Positions 59,513-64,000 of a stretch of 64,000 nucleotides of DNA are shown here, piece by piece. The stretch lies in IMG/VR virus record IMGVR_UViG_3300032007_001727; one strand, 5' to 3'. Position 1 is the first letter of the stretch; every line of letters begins with the position of its first letter. The notes beneath the pieces are model-generated. The model ran no database searches and was not told the DNA's origin. It saw nothing but the letters and a program-made list of their open reading frames with translations. The position numbers and the translations under genes are program-made. The DNA comes from a virus (taxonomy: Duplodnaviria; Caudoviricetes).

Positions 59513-61771
59513 ATGGCATATAAATATAAAGTTGCATATTGTGGCGGACTAATGGGCAGCAATGGCTATATTCAACCCAATAAAATGAACATTCCAAATA
59601 TCACTAGCGGAGACTCCGCTACCACAACTACGGAATGGGATGACTTCAATCTATATGGTAAAAATGAAACAGATGCTGATGCATTTGTTTTTGAAATAGA
59701 TGATAGTGATACAAGTGCCAACTATCGTCCGAAATTACATGTATTTAAGTCAAAGTGTTCCCCAACAATGAAATGTTACTATAGTTACCAAAATAATGGT
59801 GGAAGACTTATCTCTGACAAAACACATGTTTGGGCAAAGAAAGTTCAATACGGGAATGATAAGGAAATTTTCGTAATGACCCAATATGATGATTGGAATG
59901 ACCCAAATAACAAATATCGTCTAGCAGATAACTATTATAGTAACGATTCTCCATATAGCGGATTTGCAAGCCCGGTATCTATAGAATATCTGTTCACCAA
60001 TAATGGTACAACCGAACCGCAAAGTCTTGATATACCGGATTCAACAAACGTTGGTATGTTTAGCGGATGTACCGGTATAACAAAATGTGAATTGCCTTGT
60101 CAAATGAGGAACATATCCACGGCCACATTCAGCGGGTGTACCTCCCTTATGAGTTATAGCGAAACACCGGATTTTGTTGATACCATCAATGCTAGTGCAT
60201 TTACAAACTGCTCATCCATGACAAATATAGTTATTGGTAAATATGCTAGTTTGAGTGGTATGAGTATTTTTACGAATTGCAGCAACGCAACATCAATAGA
60301 ATGGAGCGGCTTGAATTCCGGAGACACTAAAGAACGAATGACCGAAATTCCGGCAAATTGCTTTAATGGATGCAGTAATTTATCTACAACAAAATTCAAA
60401 AATGGAGATGTTAACGAAATCTTTATCCCTAATGGAATAACAACCATTGGAGGCAGTGCCTTTACGGATTGCACAGAAATTAAGGATTTAGATTTAAATG
60501 GTGTGACAACCATTGGTGCTAACGCTTTCCTAAATTGCACTAAATTAAGTGGCATTACTAATTTATCTAATGCTGTAACTATTGGTGGTTATGCCTTCAC
60601 AGATTATGGTTGGAACCCTAAGAGCATTAATATTGGGAGTTATAATCTTGTTGATGTTCAGAATATTGGGGAATATGCTTTCAAATTAATAAATATAATA
60701 AATGGTTCGCAAGGTGTTTTTATAAATGCTACATGCGAGGTTGGTAATTATGCGTTTCTTGGTTCCAATATAAACGGTGATGTTGACGTTAAGGGTATTA
60801 TTAATGAAGGCACATTTTCACAATCAAACATCAATGGTGATGTTAATGTTCATCATAACCTTAATGTAAATAGTGCCTTTTATTCCTCAACTATAGACGG
60901 CAATGTTAGTGTTAGTGGTGACGTGAATAATAACAGCAATTATGACTACGCCTTCAATAGGGCATCAATAAGCGGAAATGTTACTATTAGTGGTAATGTT
61001 GGTTATCATGCTTTTGAAGATGCTAAAATAGGTGGTAATATTAATGTTTATAGCAGAGCCTCTTCTTCTGCTTTCACGAGTGCTTCAACAAGTGGTAGCG
61101 TTACAATTGGTGATGATGTTGCAGATTCTGCCTTTGAGAGTTCACGAATAAGTGGGGATGTTATTGTTAATGGTAGTGTTGGCAGTTATGGTTTTACATT
61201 GGCACAAATTAGTGGCAGTGTTACTATTAATGGCGATGTTAGTAACTATGCCTTTTCGTCAGCAAACACAACTACCGGAAGTGTGGTATTTTCCGGTAAT
61301 ACTATTGGTTGGGGTGCCTTTACTTATTGTGACATCAATGGTTTAAACAACACCTCAGATTCCACAACAATGGATTTATCAAATATCTCTAATTACGGAA
61401 TCGGTCAAGATGCATTTCATACCGCAAATATTGGGCAGATTGATAAAATCATTTTTGGAAAAGATAACAGCGAACTTACAATACCAATTGGTTCTAGGGC
61501 ATTTTATAATTTTAATCGCAATATCACAAGTTTAACGTTAGAAATTAATGGCAAAACCAAATTACAAGTAGAAGACGACACATTTTCCGGCACTTCAAAA
61601 ACAATAACTGTTAAGTTTAATCAATACACGGATGGTCAACCAATAGAGGATTGGATGAGATATTATTTTGGAGTTGGAGATAATAGTAAATGGTGTAATG
61701 TTAGGGCTTTTAATGTAGTTACGTTCGTTGATAAGAATGGTACTCAAATACAAAATGTACCATCATGTTAG
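59513..61771 (+). CDS. LRR (BspA-type) plus beta-helix repeat protein, putative receptor-binding adhesin
   Basis: TIGxxAFxxC repeats followed by ~20-aa ISGxVTIxGDVxxxAF repeats. Confidence 0.7.
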   Translation: MAYKYKVAYCGGLMGSNGYIQPNKMNIPNITSGDSATTTTEWDDFNLYGKNETDADAFVFEIDDSDTSANYRPKLHVFKSKCSPTMKCYYSYQNNGGRLISDKTHVWAKKVQYGNDKEIFVMTQYDDWNDPNNKYRLADNYYSNDSPYSGFASPVSIEYLFTNNGTTEPQSLDIPDSTNVGMFSGCTGITKCELPCQMRNISTATFSGCTSLMSYSETPDFVDTINASAFTNCSSMTNIVIGKYASLSGMSIFTNCSNATSIEWSGLNSGDTKERMTEIPANCFNGCSNLSTTKFKNGDVNEIFIPNGITTIGGSAFTDCTEIKDLDLNGVTTIGANAFLNCTKLSGITNLSNAVTIGGYAFTDYGWNPKSINIGSYNLVDVQNIGEYAFKLINIINGSQGVFINATCEVGNYAFLGSNINGDVDVKGIINEGTFSQSNINGDVNVHHNLNVNSAFYSSTIDGNVSVSGDVNNNSNYDYAFNRASISGNVTISGNVGYHAFEDAKIGGNINVYSRASSSAFTSASTSGSVTIGDDVADSAFESSRISGDVIVNGSVGSYGFTLAQISGSVTINGDVSNYAFSSANTTTGSVVFSGNTIGWGAFTYCDINGLNNTSDSTTMDLSNISNYGIGQDAFHTANIGQIDKIIFGKDNSELTIPIGSRAFYNFNRNITSLTLEINGKTKLQVEDDTFSGTSKTITVKFNQYTDGQPIEDWMRYYFGVGDNSKWCNVRAFNVVTFVDKNGTQIQNVPSC

Positions 61772-61809
61772 TTTTATAATAAGTTATTAAATATTTGTAA
61801 TATAATAGT

Positions 61810-63438
61810 ATGGCAGGATGGAATTTAAATAACGGCAATGCAGATGTTCACCAAAACAGTGGTGCATTAACATATCTGTTAGGGAGGGGTGGTTATGTCG
61901 GTTATCTCTGTAGTGGTGCGCCAACCTCAGAATGCGGTAATCCGTCACAACAAACCGTTACTCTTGAATTGGGTGAAGATAGTAGTAATTTTCACCCGTT
62001 TCATACAATGTGTGGTGAGATAACCCAAACATTCGTCTGTGAACCTTGCAATAGGGACGCTCTAACGATGTGGTTTAATGACGGTACTAGTAATGGTAAC
62101 CAAAGATATGATAATATATTATATTATAATAATTGGAACGATGCCAAAACATACATTGATTCAAAAAATGTCGATGAATGTAGAATAATTGTCTTGGATA
62201 ATTCTGACACGCATGATGGAATACATGTTGGCGGTCAGAGATTTGATACTAGTGCATATACTGACAGTACCTATCCGTTTATTGCCAAATTAAACGATAA
62301 GGGCGAGCCAATTAGCAGCGGTACCGTATCCGGTAAAACGGTATATTACCCGGAAAATAAATACAAGTCACAGAAATATAATGGACACAAGATAAAATAT
62401 CACGTTAAAGGAAACACCATACCGAATAATTTCTTCAGTGGAAACAGCACCAATCAGTTCAATAAGGATTTGGTTGAAGTTTATTTCCAAGGAAGCATTA
62501 AGGAGATTGAAGACGGTGATATCAATAATGGTGCCTTCAGTAAATGTTATGGTCTAAGTGCATTAACCCTAAACAATGTTGAGAAGATTGGCACTAGCGC
62601 ATTTAACGGATGTACTGCCTTAACATATGTCGATTTCGGTCATTGGTGCAGCAGTGGAAGGACTAGCACCAACTTAAGAGAAATCGGTGCATACGCATTT
62701 AAGAATTGTCAAAGTCTAAAGGGTATCACAATATTACCCGGATTAAAGACAATTGACATTGCCGCCTTTGATTCATGTGATGGTTTGAAAGATGTGGTGC
62801 TGCCGAATACCGTTAGGAAATTAGGCAATAGTGCTTTCCGTGGTTGTACAAGTTTATCAAGTATAACAATTTCTAGTGGTATAACTGAAGTTGGCAACAC
62901 TGTTTTTGAAGATACCCCGTGGTATCAAGGGATTAGCGGAAGTTCAATCAGCGGACATATCGTATATGTTGAGGATATTGCTTATATTTGTGAAAATGAA
63001 TCAATAACTTCAGCCACGTTTGCAAATAATACGAAATGTATAGCCGGTACTGCTTTTATGGGCTGTAGCAATTTGACAAATATTGTTATCCCCAATAGCG
63101 TTGTGAGCGTTGGTAATAGTGCTTTTAGAGACTGTACCGGAATTACAAGTTGCACTATCGGAAACAGTGTTAAGACTATTGGAAATTATAGTTTTGGTGA
63201 TTGTTCTAGTTTAACATCCATAACAATACCAAGCAGTGTTGAAACAATTGGTAGTGGTGCTTTTAGTAGTTGTTCCAACCTAACAAGAATAACCTCACTT
63301 TCCATGACCGCACCGACAATAGAAAATAATACTTTCGCCAACGTAGGGTCTAATGGTACCCTTTACGTTCCAAGTGGCAGTAGTGGCTATGATGTTTGGA
63401 TTGCCCAATTAAATAATTGGACAATTATTGAACAGTAA
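61810..63438 (+). CDS. BspA-type LRR protein
   Basis: TpLRR repeats; C-terminal TAPTI..GTLYVPSGSSGYDVW shared with 27850 and 47326. Confidence 0.8.
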   Translation: MAGWNLNNGNADVHQNSGALTYLLGRGGYVGYLCSGAPTSECGNPSQQTVTLELGEDSSNFHPFHTMCGEITQTFVCEPCNRDALTMWFNDGTSNGNQRYDNILYYNNWNDAKTYIDSKNVDECRIIVLDNSDTHDGIHVGGQRFDTSAYTDSTYPFIAKLNDKGEPISSGTVSGKTVYYPENKYKSQKYNGHKIKYHVKGNTIPNNFFSGNSTNQFNKDLVEVYFQGSIKEIEDGDINNGAFSKCYGLSALTLNNVEKIGTSAFNGCTALTYVDFGHWCSSGRTSTNLREIGAYAFKNCQSLKGITILPGLKTIDIAAFDSCDGLKDVVLPNTVRKLGNSAFRGCTSLSSITISSGITEVGNTVFEDTPWYQGISGSSISGHIVYVEDIAYICENESITSATFANNTKCIAGTAFMGCSNLTNIVIPNSVVSVGNSAFRDCTGITSCTIGNSVKTIGNYSFGDCSSLTSITIPSSVETIGSGAFSSCSNLTRITSLSMTAPTIENNTFANVGSNGTLYVPSGSSGYDVWIAQLNNWTIIEQ

Positions 63439-63465
63439 TTAAAATTGGTATTATCCAATTTATAC

Positions 63466-63498
63466 AATGCAGTCAGCGATGGCTGCATTTTTCTTTTT
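63466..63498 (+). terminator. Rho-independent terminator
   Basis: AATGCAGTCA-GCGA-TGGCTGCATT then a T run. Confidence 0.7.
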
Positions 63499-63504
63499 AT
63501 AAAA

Positions 63505-63538
63505 CTTGTTTTTTTAACTTTTTTTATATATCTTTGCA
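63505..63538 (+). promoter_or_regulatory. Bacteroidota-type promoter (conserved 34-bp copy)
   Basis: CTTGTTTTTTTAACTTTTTTTATATATCTTTGCA. Confidence 0.7.
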
Positions 63539-63553
63539 AAAAAGCATAAATAT

Positions 63554-64000
63554 ATGTTAAATATTGATGATATAAGAAAAAGAATCAAAAATAACCCGGA
63601 GCCACAAGAGGTCAAGGAAATAAGAGAAAATATTATCTCTAGTTTCTCTGACTTGGAGTTCATAGAAGACGGGCATAAGTACTATCTCCATAAGAATGGC
63701 AAGACAAAGGAAATGGAAAGCGTTTCCTCTGTATGTCATATGTTTGAACCGTATGTCGATTGGGAGGAGATATTGGAGAGAAAGAGCCTTAAATTGGGTA
63801 TTGACAAAGAAGTCCTTAGGAGAGAATGGCACGAAAACAATATCTGTTCCACGTCCAACGGAAGCCTAACACATTTATTCGCGGAAGCATATATGTATTT
63901 CTTTATGGGGGACGTTGAGTCAATGCCAAGCATAATAAAGGATATGCAATACGAGGACGGGTTCCTCATACCATATGGCGAGAAACAGAAGGCCATAGCC
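63554..64000 (+). CDS. Probable PD-(D/E)XK phage exonuclease, N-terminal part (runs off the window; not in ORF track)
   Basis: MLNIDDIRK...LEFIEDGHKYY...ESVSSVCH...EW...NGSLTHLFAE. Confidence 0.6.
   Translation, partial: MLNIDDIRKRIKNNPEPQEVKEIRENIISSFSDLEFIEDGHKYYLHKNGKTKEMESVSSVCHMFEPYVDWEEILERKSLKLGIDKEVLRREWHENNICSTSNGSLTHLFAEAYMYFFMGDVESMPSIIKDMQYEDGFLIPYGEKQKAIA

Noticed and set aside
775-63996. Numerous short opposite-strand and nested ORFs in the ORF track, including the long antisense ORFs over the LRR genes and 63557-63996
   Set aside because: Shadows of the real genes, with no promoter context or recognisable motifs
1-64000. Alternative genetic code (TAG or TGA recoding as in Lak or some crAss phages)
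   Set aside because: Very long ORFs are intact in the standard code, and TAG and TGA end genes right at operon boundaries, overlaps or terminators
1-64000. tRNA/rRNA genes, integrase or att sites
   Set aside because: No cloverleaf or T-loop signatures seen in intergenic regions and no recombinase ORF

Overview
This window is a 64-kb segment of a large, AT-rich, lytic myovirus-type (jumbo) phage read in the standard genetic code. The host is most likely Bacteroidota: early genes carry TTG-N-TAnnTTTG promoters, and the ClpP and sigma70 look Bacteroidota-like. Bases 1-24.3 kb are a + strand baseplate/tail structural block (a gp6-like wedge followed by several 1000-2350 aa virion proteins). Bases 24.3-55.5 kb mix replication and recombination genes (gp47/SbcD, gp46/SbcC, primase, RuvC-like resolvase, sigma70), zinc-ribbon homing-endonuclease-like genes, three WG-repeat paralogues, BspA-type LRR genes, a holin/spanin-like cluster, ClpP and many small genes sharing an 'IRLTESDLH' N-terminal leader. 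Bases 55.6-63.4 kb are a tail-fibre/LRR adhesin module. Three observations stand out. (1) A 609-bp transposase-less cassette (42704-43312) has perfect 24-bp terminal inverted repeats and an 8-bp target-site duplication. It carries one IRLTESDLH-leader gene with its own promoter motif, and a second copy of the same repeat end lies upstream of another leader gene. This suggests a mobile-cassette system that shuffles putative capsid-packaged effector genes. (2) Two paralogous LRR genes share a poly-C tract that is in frame at C11 and frameshifted at C12, which suggests phase variation. (3) There is a candidate Acb2/Tad1-like anti-defence protein. All product calls come from motif recognition by eye, not from database searches.
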